Positions 37,301-49,100 of a stretch of 64,000 nucleotides of DNA are shown here, in pieces. The notes under the pieces were generated by a model. It worked only from the letters and a program-made list of their open reading frames with translations, ran no database searches and had not been told where the DNA came from. Each line of letters begins with the position of its first letter. Positions within the stretch are counted from its first letter, which is position 1. The position numbers and the translations under genes are program-made. Where the stretch lies: contig CM041465.1 of the NCBI GenBank assembly GCA_023213395.1, positions 205,475,741 through 205,539,740 of the forward strand. Reading direction: 5' to 3'. Source of the stretch: Cycas panzhihuaensis. Lineage: Eukaryota; Plantae; Cycadophyta.

Positions 37301-37697
37301 TGGGTCAACAAAAAGGGTTGAGCATCCTTGTTTATTTCAAAAATTCAATTTTTTTTTGGTATTCTCCCCCACTCTATCTTAAGGTTTTCGTTGTTGTCTT
37401 TGTTCTGACATTGTGTCACATGTTGCGAATATTTTCTCATTTATTTGGGTGAGAGTTGTAATAATAACGTCTTTTTCTTTTATTTTTTTATGTAGGGTAG
37501 TTATCTCCACCCTATATCTTGCCTCTAGTTTTTCAATCATGTGAATAATTTCTTGAGCTTTTCCTTCTGGCTAGGTTGGTTGAGATGACTTTTCCCTTGT
37601 CTCTATTATGGGAGGAAATTTTGCCCATTCGTCGAGTGAAAGCTCTCCTTCAACCTCTTCTTCTGGCTCCTCCTCATCTCGTCTCCTTTTGGTACTC

Positions 37698-38480
37698 TTA
37701 TGTACCACTTATTTGGCGCGATGTGGAATGGAAGCACCTGGTATCTGTTGTAGCTCCTTCAAAATTTTTGTTATTTCCTTCTTTACTCATTTTTATTTTC
37801 ATGTCTTGGGTATTTTTTGAAAATGCATCAACCCATTGTTTTATCAATGGTTCATGTAGGTAAATAGGTATTTGGGGAGGTTGCATTCTTGGACACTAAT
37901 AGATTAATATTCCGGGCAATAAGGAGGGGTGTCTAAAAGGATATGTTATCACCTCTTATATTTGTTGTGTCATGTTTTTTGCCAAGAATCTGGACCAATT
38001 CAATCGTTCTTTGTTGTGAACCCTTGGTAATATAGACATCATCTCCCTTAGAATGTATGTTTATTTCCTTTTGGATATGAATTGGGTGTTTATGATTTTT
38101 GCTATCAACTAAAGTCTCATATTCTTGATATCTACCACCTATATCCCTCTTGAAAAAATTTGAATATTTTCTTAGCAATATTCCCTTAGCGATGTTTCAT
38201 GGTCAATTTCTGACCATTTTGTAGAAATAAGAACCTCCCCTTCCTTGGGAAGCCTTGTAATTTTGTGAACAATGTCTGCATCAAGCTTTATTCTTTTTAT
38301 ATCTTTTTTCAACTCCACCAATATTTTCTCCATTAATTCTAGGTCATAATATCGCAAACTTAGGTATATGTATTTTCCCCAACTTGCTTGCTTAAACTTA
38401 GCCTTAAATGGAGCCGATTAACCCTCAAATTTCTTCCTCAATTTAGGTAAAAAGATTTCTTGGTACCCTATCGTCTTCAT
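37698..38480 (-). pseudogene. Extra ORF between integrase and 3' LTR (Athila env-like position; plant-transposon-protein-like)
   Basis: A single frame of ~260 codons links ORFs 38172-38357 and 37698-37886, interrupted only by stops; strong splice acceptor just upstream of the ATG. Confidence 0.6.
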
Positions 38481-41400
38481 CTTGGAAACTATGAGGAAAA
38501 ACAAAAGGCAATACAAGTACTTACAAAAAGAAATGAGTACGGAATCGTATATGCATATCGTCTAGGAATGGATGCCATTCCTTCATTGAAATGCTTGATC
38601 TTTGTGCTCGAAAATGCTTCCTTTGCTTTTTTTGAACCTTGATTTTGTTGGAATCGTGCTTGATCCAAAAGTTGGATGTATCTATTTTCTATTTTCTGCC
38701 CTACGTACCATACAGGAATGTTTATAGGTATGTATAATATATTTTTTCCTTTTTCGTATTTTTGGTTTTTGCATATTTGATGGTATACTTTTTTGGTACG
38801 TATAGTGTATTTGGTTACTTTTTCACATTATTGTTAATCTTGCGTATCTATTAGTACACTTTCTTGGTATGTATAGTGTAAATGATAAATATGCATATTG
38901 AAATTTGATTTTTTTGATACTTTTTTTTTATTTTTTAATTTTTTCATTCAAAATTTTGTGATTTTTTCCACTATAATAACTTTCTCTCTCTTTTTTTTAA
39001 TGTTTTTTTCTTCTTCCTCTTTAATATCTCTTTTGTTTCATATTTTTGTCATATTGCTTATTTATGTGATATGAGTTATGGTTGTTTTTGCAGTTTTTAT
39101 TTTTTTATTTTTTTGTATTTTTTGTTTACATATCGAATTGAATCATATTTCGACATTGAGCAATCTGATTTGTCTCCAATTTCAAGTAACACATTATGGT
39201 ACAGCCAATCGATTTATCTAGTAAGTTGATGTTCCCTATCTGAGATAGAGTTTTAGCTGGTTGTTATTTACTTGTGTTGGTAATAGGGGTCTATTGATCT
39301 TGTGAAGTTGAACTAAACTATTTTCAAATATTTTTTTAGTAATGTATGATCCTAACTATCATATTTTTAATTTTTTAATGTGTGTTTTGAATTTGTTGTC
39401 ATATAATAGCACATGATCATCTTTTTTAAATTGTAGTGTTCTCAAATGGCAATTATGCCATGTTTTTTATATTTCTTGCAACCATTTAGCCATGTGTTTC
39501 ATTTTCTCAAGTTGTATCAACTCTTTAAATCTTTTTTATAAGAAATGAAAATCATCCAATCAACACTACATAGCTACTCTCAAACTTAGAATTTCAAATT
39601 TTATAAGAATAATGGCTTCAATCCCATAGACTAGTTGGAACAATGTTTAACTAGTTGATCTTTTGTATGTCATTCTAAACACTCATAACATTGATGGTAA
39701 CTTCTCAACTCGATTATATCTTTCCATATTATAGATTTTCTGTAAATGATTTTCTATGATTTTGTTAGAACTTTCTGCTTGTCCATTTGCTCGTGGATAA
39801 TATGGTGTAGATTTTCAATGACTAATTATGAAGGTTGATGTTAGTATTTCTAGGGTTTGATTGAGGAAATGAGCCCCTTGGTCATTTACAATCTTCAATT
39901 GTTACTGAAGCGTGTTATAATTATTTTATACAGAAATCATGTTGTGCTTTTTGAATTGGCCTTGTGAAGTGGTTGTGCTTCTACCCATTTGGTCATATAG
40001 TCTATTGCTACCAAAATATAACAGGCTTAGGAACATCGAGAAGTCAGTTTAATTAGTCCAATAAAATCAAGTTCCCACTTTTCAAAAGGTGCGAGAGGTA
40101 GGACTGGGTTAAGTAGCTGCAAATCTTATTGATTAGGTTTTTCCACTTTTTAGCAATAATTGCATTTTTGTATCCATCTCTTTACGTCTTCAAACATTGT
40201 TGATCACCATAATCTTGATGATAATACCTTCATGTAGCCATTTTTCTTATATGGCCTCTTGCCACTTCTTCATGTGCTTGGGCCATGATTTGATCAATTT
40301 TGTGGGATTTCATACAATATCGTAATACTTTATCTGGCCTTAACTTATATAGTTCCCCTTTGATTAATTGATAAGGCTTTGTTTTCCATATAAAATTCCT
40401 TCATTCTCTTCTATCCATCTTTGGTGGTAGTTTTCTTGTTGCTAGATATTCTAGTATCCTCTTATACCATTCTGTTGGAATTGCTTCAATGCTAAATAAT
40501 GCTGCATTTAGGAAGTCGTTAGATATTCTTGTGGTTTTTTCTCTGTTGATAATTCTCGATAGTTAGTCTGGTATTATGCGAGATTTTTTTGGTTTTACCA
40601 TAATTTTGAATGTAAATTTTTGGAATAACATGAGTCATCTAATTTGCCCTCATTATAGGTTCTGGTCACCAAATACACTAAGGTTTACTAATCCATGAAG
40701 AATATAAATGGATTAGACAATAGATAGTGTCGGGATTTCTATAGTGCATAAACCATTTCGAGTCTTCGTTTTGTTGTAGTGTAATTTTGCTCGACTTTTG
40801 TCAACTTTTGACTTGTGAAGTAGATAGGGTGGTCCACCTTATTGTCATTAGGTTGGGCTAATACACACTGAATGGCGTATTGTGACACATCAATGTGCAC
40901 ATGAAAAACCTTTTTCTAATATGGGAATCTTAGTATTGGTGCGTATATAATTGTTCTCTTTAAGGATTCAAGAGCATGTTGTTATTCCATAGCCCACTCT
41001 CAATCTAAGTCCTTTTTCAACAATCCTTTTAATGATCTTGATATACATGCTTATCTCCTAGTAAATTTCTTGTAGTATCTTGTTAGTCTTAAGAATCCTT
41101 TTAATTGTTTCCTTGTGAGGGGTATTAGAAAGTGTAAAATTGTGGAAACTTTGGTTGGATTTGTCAATAATCCATTTTGGCTCACAATATGACCTAGTAA
41201 GTTCCTGAATGACACCAAAAAGATACATTTTTTTGGATTTAAATATAGTTTATTTTTCCAACAAGTTTGCAACATTTCCCGTAAGTTGTCAATGTGGTTT
41301 TTCATGAGCCCATATAGTGTCCAATCGTCTAGGAAAATTGTCACTTTTTCCTCAATCATCTTGCGAAAGATGTTTATAACATTTCTTTGGAACATGGTCG

Positions 41401-44400
41401 GAGCGTTGGTAAGGCCAAAGGATATTACCCTATATGCATATGTTACCCATTCTGTGATAAAAGTCGTTTTTGCTTGATCCTCTAGTATGATTGGATTTAA
41501 TTATACCCACTGAATCTATCTGTGAATGAGTATATTTTGTTTCTACCAACTGCTTCTAAAACATTTTTTGTAAATAGCAACGAAAAATGATTTTTTTTCG
41601 TTACCCTGTTGAGTTGCCTGTAGTCCACATAAACTCTTATTTTCATATTTTTCTTTGGGACCACTACCACAAGGCTCACCCAATCATTGTAGTTGATTTC
41701 ATAGATGTAACTTACTTTTAGCATCTTATCCAATTTAACCTTTATTTTTTCCTTGCGCTTTGGATTCATATGATAAGGTCTTTGTTTTACCAGTTTAGCT
41801 CCTTCAATCAAATCATTGTGGTGCATTCCTATCTTCAAAGAAATGCCTTTGAGATACTTATATGATTGCAAAAACATCATGGTATTTTTTGAGCAGTTGT
41901 TGAGCTTGGGCTATAGTTTTGTCGTCCTAATAATTTTCAATACATATGTTTTTCAAGTCTTCTCTAGTTCTCAAATTAATTTCTGTTGTCTCTAGTGTTG
42001 GCACTTTAATATCATTTTGTCTACTGACATGGTGAGCAGGGGTATTTTCAATCTCTGTTTCACCATAGTTAATTTTCGTAAATTCCAGGGGATAATTATG
42101 ATTCTCCTCCTTGTTATCCTCAGACTCCCTACTTTTCTCCCTTCGTATTGATGACATTATTTTTGTTTGCTCTGCCTCTATACTTAATTTGTTGATTGCT
42201 TTGAGTATTTTATCAATCTTCTTGTTATTAAAAGAATGTGAGAATGTTTTTATAAGAGAGTCCTTGAGATTGTTCAATGTTATATTCAAGGCTTGTTCCT
42301 TCCCTATTAGCCAATTTTTTACTATTTTTGTCCTAAGGTATGGTAGAAATGATGACTCCAGGTGTTCCTAGGCATGTTATGGGACGTCCATTTCCATTTG
42401 CATCTTTGAATATGTTTCTTTGGATAATCTTCCACATGGTACATTGGAATATTAGATTGTTCAGGAGAGTTAAACCGAATTCTGAAAGTGGTTTATAGAT
42501 CTTTTCAATTCCTAAAAGCAGCATGATGGGCTAAATACTAGTACCATGCTGGCCCTCTTAGTGTCAACATGAAATCTAACTCTTATTGGACTTTGTTTAC
42601 TATTCCTTCTTCTAACTAGTATTCTATGCAATGTATTAGGTGGGTAGTCCCATATAGTTATTCTCCATAAAATGGCTTCACATAATCTTCAATATATGTT
42701 TCATGGTTTCTTTCTTGTAAAATGTCTATTTTATTTCCTAGACTTTTTACTCAGTTTTTCTTCTTCTTCCTTAGATTCAACATCGATATTTATGTCGTTT
42801 GAAGAAGACCTTTCACTGGGTGGTGTACCTCTAAAGAAGATAAGGAAGGTTTGTTACTACCTTCCTTTGGTTGGGATGGGGATGGGGAAGGGCAATTAAC
42901 CTTGGGACCCACATTGGAGGTAGAGGGAAGGTTAGGGTTGGAGGGGGTTTGGGTATTAGAAGATGAACTAGGATAAGGATTTGGGTTAAGAGGGGGATTA
43001 GGGTTTGGGTCTAGGGTTTGGATTATATTGATATTAACTATATTATTCAAATCATTTCCTACACTACTTCCTACATTGTTATTAACACTCATATAATTAA
43101 AATAATTAGAATTTATATCAATGTCATTAGTTACATTTCGAAAAAGTAGGTTGCATCGATAGGATGGAGGGTTGACTTCATAGGCATCTTGTAACTAATA
43201 TTCCATAAATTTTGTTACATTTATATTGTCAAAAGAGTTGTAAATCTCTCTAAAGTAAGTTAGCTAAATTTCTTGAGACTTAATCAATTTTATCAGTTCC
43301 TTTGTTGTATGATACAAATTGTTTTCTTTAAAAGATGATGTCATTTTTTTACTCACAATGGTTGTGCTTGAGGCATCATTTAATACCACCTCAATAGAAT
43401 TTTTACCCAACATTGGGAGGACTACTTTACTTCCTTCATCTCAAAGTGTGAATGTCACATCCCTCCAATTTTGAAGACATTGTGTTTTATACAACCATGG
43501 TTGTCCTAATAACGTTGGATAAGGTGTAACTCCTCTTTTTGTTTCGACAATTGTAAAGTCAATTCGGATTGCAATTTCTGTTACATCTACTTTTATGTTT
43601 GATAATTTCTCCATTGGTCTCACTAATAGCTCATTTGCTAACTTTAACGAGCAGGTTGCGACTTCCAACTTAGGGCTTCCTAATTTCCGCTAGGTTGTGG
43701 TGAGCAATGCATTTAGAGTTCTTCCTCCATCCACAATCACTTTTGAGAATCTTTCTCCCAATACCGTAATTGTAACTATGGATTTAAGTTGAATAACAAC
43801 ATTATCTTTTTTAGGCTCTTTGTGACTTTCCGTTTTGCAATATTCCTACTTTGATCCAGTCTATCACTTGGTGTAGAGAAATTATTAATTATAATTATTT
43901 CACTAGGTTCTCCATTAATAACAACATTTGAAGAATATCTTCCATCAATAAACCCTTTGAACAATTCCTCCATTTGGACCAAGTGCGTTTGCACCTCTTG
44001 TACTCCAAGTATTTTCTCCTTTTGCTTGTTTCTTTAACATACACATATTTTGTTTCTCGTTTTTCCATTGGCAATATTGCTTCTGCCTTTTGTCAAGTAG
44101 TTTTTTTCAAAACTTGCTTTGTTTGTTTAATTCAGTCGATTTCCACTCTAGGGTTTGGGTAACCTTCACTTATTACCTCTTTACCCTTTTGCCTGTTATG
44201 GAGTTTGATATTTTTACTATTTTATGGAATTATTGTTATTAGGTCTGTCACCTTTGTTTTCCCCTTATAATCTTTTGTTTTGTGATCAATTGGACCACAA
44301 TTGCTACACACAAAGAGTTTGTGTTCATACTCTTGCTTGGCTGAGTAATTAGACTTCTAATGGCTATATTGTGAGCAAATTAAGCACCTTCCATTGGTGG

Positions 44401-46169
44401 CTTTTTTTTCGAGGTTTTTGGTGTGCTCCTTGTTATATATGCATTCTTGGTCGAGTTACTTCCTCTTCCTTGATTTCAACCTCTATACCCTTTCCCTCTA
44501 CGATTATAAAAGCATTATCATGTGTTGTGACTAGCCATATCACATATATGGTACCATTTGTCTTTTTGATGAATTGTACTATTTTTTGGGTTCAAATCTT
44601 ATTCTTTGGTTGTATGCAAATTTTCTTTGCATGTATGACACCATTTTTGTATTTGAAATTCTCAATCTTTTTTTTTCCTTATTTTCTTCTTTTTGTGTCT
44701 TGATTTTTATCTTCAATCTTGCCACTCATTTTCTGAGGGCTTCAACTTTTGAATCCTTCTCTATCTTTTCCATATGGTAGAGAGGTCGATTGTATTGATT
44801 CTGTTTCATTTCCCTTATCTCTTCCTATAGTGTGAACAATAACGAATCATGTCGTCTAGCTTGGGCATCCATTTCAACCTCAAAATCCATGGATACCTCC
44901 TATGCATTCTTGAAAGATTTTAAAGGATTCACATGCATTATAATCTTATTTTATTGTTTAATCCTCTAACAAAATGATTCTTCATATTATGATCTATCAC
45001 TATTTCGTTAATCATGTTAGCGGCAATTATCTTCATACGACTGATATAAGTTAATATTGATTTGCCAAGTCTTTGTTTACTTTCCTTTAGGGCATTTTTA
45101 ATAGTCTCATTATTGTGGAATTTTTGATATCTTTTCTCAAATAACTTTTTTATATTTGTTTAAGAATCAATTTTATTTAATTATTTGTACCATGCCAATG
45201 ATACTCCCCTCAAGGTGCAAGCAAATCTTGCCTTTATCTCTTACTCATCTACAATTCTTTTCATATTAATCAGATTTTAGAATAAGTACATATGTTTTGC
45301 GGTATCAGATGTGTCATTGAATATTAACTTCTTGAATTCTCTTGAGTCATCCATCTTTGGCGAATGCACTAGTGTCTCTCCTAGTGATAGTGACGTTTCT
45401 CCTACTGAGGTTAATTTCTTTGGGGATTCCATTCCCTTCTTTGTTCCATTTTGGAGCATCATCCGTGGTGTACTTTCGTTTCCCTTTCTAAACAAGGGAT
45501 TGCTAAACGGTTTCTGTAAATAAATAGTTTGCGATATTCCTGGTATTTGAACTGTTAATGGTGTCACTATTAGGTATGATTATTCAGATTCCTTATTTGA
45601 TGAGTTTTCAAAGAACTATCTTGTTAACTTATTCTCTCAATATGCTGAGAGACCTTCCTCTGCCTTTTATTCGTTATCACTTAGGTCCTTTGGGGTATTT
45701 TCCATAGTTATATGTTTCAGTTTCCTTAGTTTTTTCTTTTTTTTAATTTGTAATGTCACTGTGGTCCCTTGTAAATTCTCCTCATTTTTTTGGTTGAAAA
45801 TATCAAATTTAATTGGAGCAAGTGTTAGTACTATTTGTTTCCTATTTCTTTCCAATCCTTGTTCCTGGGGTGTTTAGGCTCCACTTGCCTTAGACTTTTT
45901 AATGGATTGACCTTTAGTCTCATTGTTATTCTACTTTAATCTCCTTGCCCTTCTTAGTTTCGATTCCCTTGACTATTATAATGCTTTCTTTCTATTTGAT
46001 TCTGTTTCCTTAGGTGAAGTTCCTTTTTGTGGCTCTTTCACATTTGAAGGCCTCTTAGGTGGCATTAGAAGGTCCCTTGGTTGTCGAAGGCTTAATTATG
46101 ACTTCCCATCATGATGACAACCAAGGTTCTTTGATCTTTAAATATACTCCCCTTGTGAAACTTCTGACC

Positions 46170-49100
46170 TGTTAAATAATGTGACAACAATGTTTTAGAG
46201 GCTAAAATTTTGACAGGCTGGCAACGCAATTTTTCTCCCAAATTTCTTTAGGGGGATTCAAGGGGGGGCGGAGCCCCCCCTTCGCCGAGGGTGCGGGGGG
46301 GAGTCGAAACACTTCTGCCCCTCTTGCAAAGAGGGGGTTCGAGGGCGAATCCCTGACTCAAAAGGCTAACATTGAAAAGCATATTAAATTGTAAAGAGAA
46401 TCAGGGTCGTTCACTCAAAATACTCTAGATTCTATGGTCGAGATTTGTGCCTTGTATGACTATCTCATATAATCCGATTTAGGGTGTTTTTTCATTATGT
46501 TGATGGTGTTTTGATGTATTGGATGTAATATGAGGAGTTAGGCGGTTGATTATTGTTGCTGTAAACATTCTATTGCAGATTATGTACATTTTTCCACTCT
46601 TTGATAATAAAGATTGATACCTTTCCCATGTAGATGTTTCTCTAGCATATTGCTAGGTTTTTACTACATTATATCGGGTGTATATGTGATGCTTTAATGT
46701 TAATGTATGAAGCTGTCCGTTAATGTTAATGTTATAGTTGCATGGCTGATATCTGTACTTGTGTATATGTGTATGATGTTCTAGTACAACAAGGTTTGTA
46801 CAAAGCTCTTGCAGGCAAATCGAAGAAACCTATAGGGATGGACGATGACGAATGGGATGATCTAGACAAAAGGGCTCTTAGTACAATACGATTGTACTTA
46901 GTGTATGAAGTTCTATTTAACATCGCGAGGAAACGGACAGTAGCAGGAGTATGGACCCGATTGGAAAATTTGTACATGACGAAATCAGTGACAAATCAAA
47001 TTTACTTGAAGAGGCAGTTGTACTCATTGTGGATGAAGGAAGGTACAAAAATTACTGATCATTTAAATATTTTTAATACTCTTATTTGTCAGTTGGCTAG
47101 TATCGATGTCACAATTGAGGACGAGGACAAGGTTGTTACCTTGTTATGTTCATTACCAAAATCTTGGAATAATATTTGTCACCTCAATCAGTTTTAGCAC
47201 TACAGATGAATTAGACTATGATTCTGTTGTGAGTGCTTTGTTGATGAAAGAAGTGAAGAGGAAGTCTAGTCTTGAAACCTCCACACGTGAAACTATGACA
47301 GCAAGGGGCAAAATGATTGAGAGAGGAAAAAGCTTCAGGGACACATCGAGATCAAAATCAAAAGGCAACAAGAATAAGCTCAGATGTTAGCACTGTAATA
47401 AGACAAGTCACCTCAAGAAGAATTGTTACAAAATGAAGGAGTTCCAGAAAAAGGAAAATCTTGCCAAGGAGGCTAATCAGGTGGAGTCAAATTAAGGTAC
47501 ATATGATGATGTCTTAATTACTTGTAATGTTTCCCATTGTCATCATGATTGGTTATTAGATTCGAGTGCTTCACACCACATGTGTCCACACAAGAGTTGG
47601 TTTTCATCATACCAACCTTTTGATGGTGGTGATTGCTTATGGGAAATGAAGTTTCTTGTAAGACAGTGGGAATTGGTAACATTATAATTAAAATGTTTGA
47701 TGGTGTAGTGAGAACATTAACTGAAGTTATACATGTACCTGATCTAGAAAGGAATCAGATTTCCTTAGATGAACTAGATTCTGGTGGTTATAAGTACATA
47801 GGTCATGAAAGATTTTCAAAGGTGTCGAAGGGCACCTTGGTTGTTATGAAAGCCTTAAAGAAAAGAAACCTTTACATTTTAATGGGAAGTACAGATGTCA
47901 GCCGTGCAACTACAACATCAAAGACTGCAAAAGATCTAGTTCAGTTATGGCATTAGAGACTTGGGCACATGAGTGAGAGAGGACTTAAGGTGTTGATGAA
48001 TCGTAAGTTACTTTATAACTTGCAACTTTCAGATTTGGCTTTTTGTAAACATTGTATTTTTAGAAAGCAGTGTAGATTCAGGTTTAAAATGAGGATTCAC
48101 ATTAGTAAAGATGTTTTGGATTACGTATATTCAGACATGTGGGCAGCAACCCCTACAATATCTTATGGAGGATCATTATACTTTGTCACATTTATAAATG
48201 ATTACTCTAGAAAGATATGAATCTATTTTTTGAAAAGGAAATCTGAAGTTTTGAGTGTGTTTAAGCAGTTCAAGGCTCTGGTTGAGAAGAGCATTGGCAG
48301 GTCAATCAAATGTTTAAGAACTAACAATGGAGGCGAGTTCAACTCCTTGGAATTTGAGAACTATTACAGAAAAGATAGGATCGAAATACATAAGACCATT
48401 AGCTATACTCTACAGCAGAATGGTATAGTTGACCGCATGAATAGGATATTCTTAAAAAGAGCAAGAAGCATGCTGAGTAATGCAGGAATGGAGCAGGGCT
48501 TTTGGTCAAAAGCTATTCAAACAACTTGTTATTTGGTAAACAGGTCATCATCACTTACAATAAACTGCAAGATTCCTAAAGAGGTATGGACTGGACAAGC
48601 ATGTGACTATTCAAATGTGAAACTTTTTTGTTGTGATGCTTATGCCTTGACTAATAAAAGTCAACATTTATAGTTAGACCCAAAATCCAAGAGATGTATC
48701 TTTATTGGTTATGGTGATAGAGATGGTGTGAAGGGATACAGGTTGTGGGATCCTGCTGCCCACAAAATCACTATTAATAGAGATGTTGTGTTTGATGAAT
48801 CACCCTTTTTAAAATCAGACAGTATAGACGTTGAAGTGAAACTAGAGCAGAAAGTTGAACATCAACAGATCAAGCTTGTGACCCATCCATCTTTGGAAAC
48901 AGAAGAGCAGGAAGGCATTTATGAAGATGAATATGTAACAGATTTACATGAGTATGTGGACATTCCTCCACCAACTGTTAGAAGATCTACATGAGTTAGT
49001 CATCCACCTCACATGTATAACCCTTTTATTTTTATTGCTTTAGTTTCTAATGATCGTGAGCCTATATGTTATTAGGAAGTAGTAGATGATATCTATAATG

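Noticed and set aside
36516-37452. + strand ORFs in the gypsy LTRs (also 52018-52634)
   Set aside because: They lie in LTR sequence, and the frames are not maintained between the two LTR copies.
38489-38524. 36-nt GT-AG mini-intron joining an upstream ATG (38576) to the extra ORF
   Set aside because: Too short for a typical plant intron; I kept only the acceptor as a candidate.
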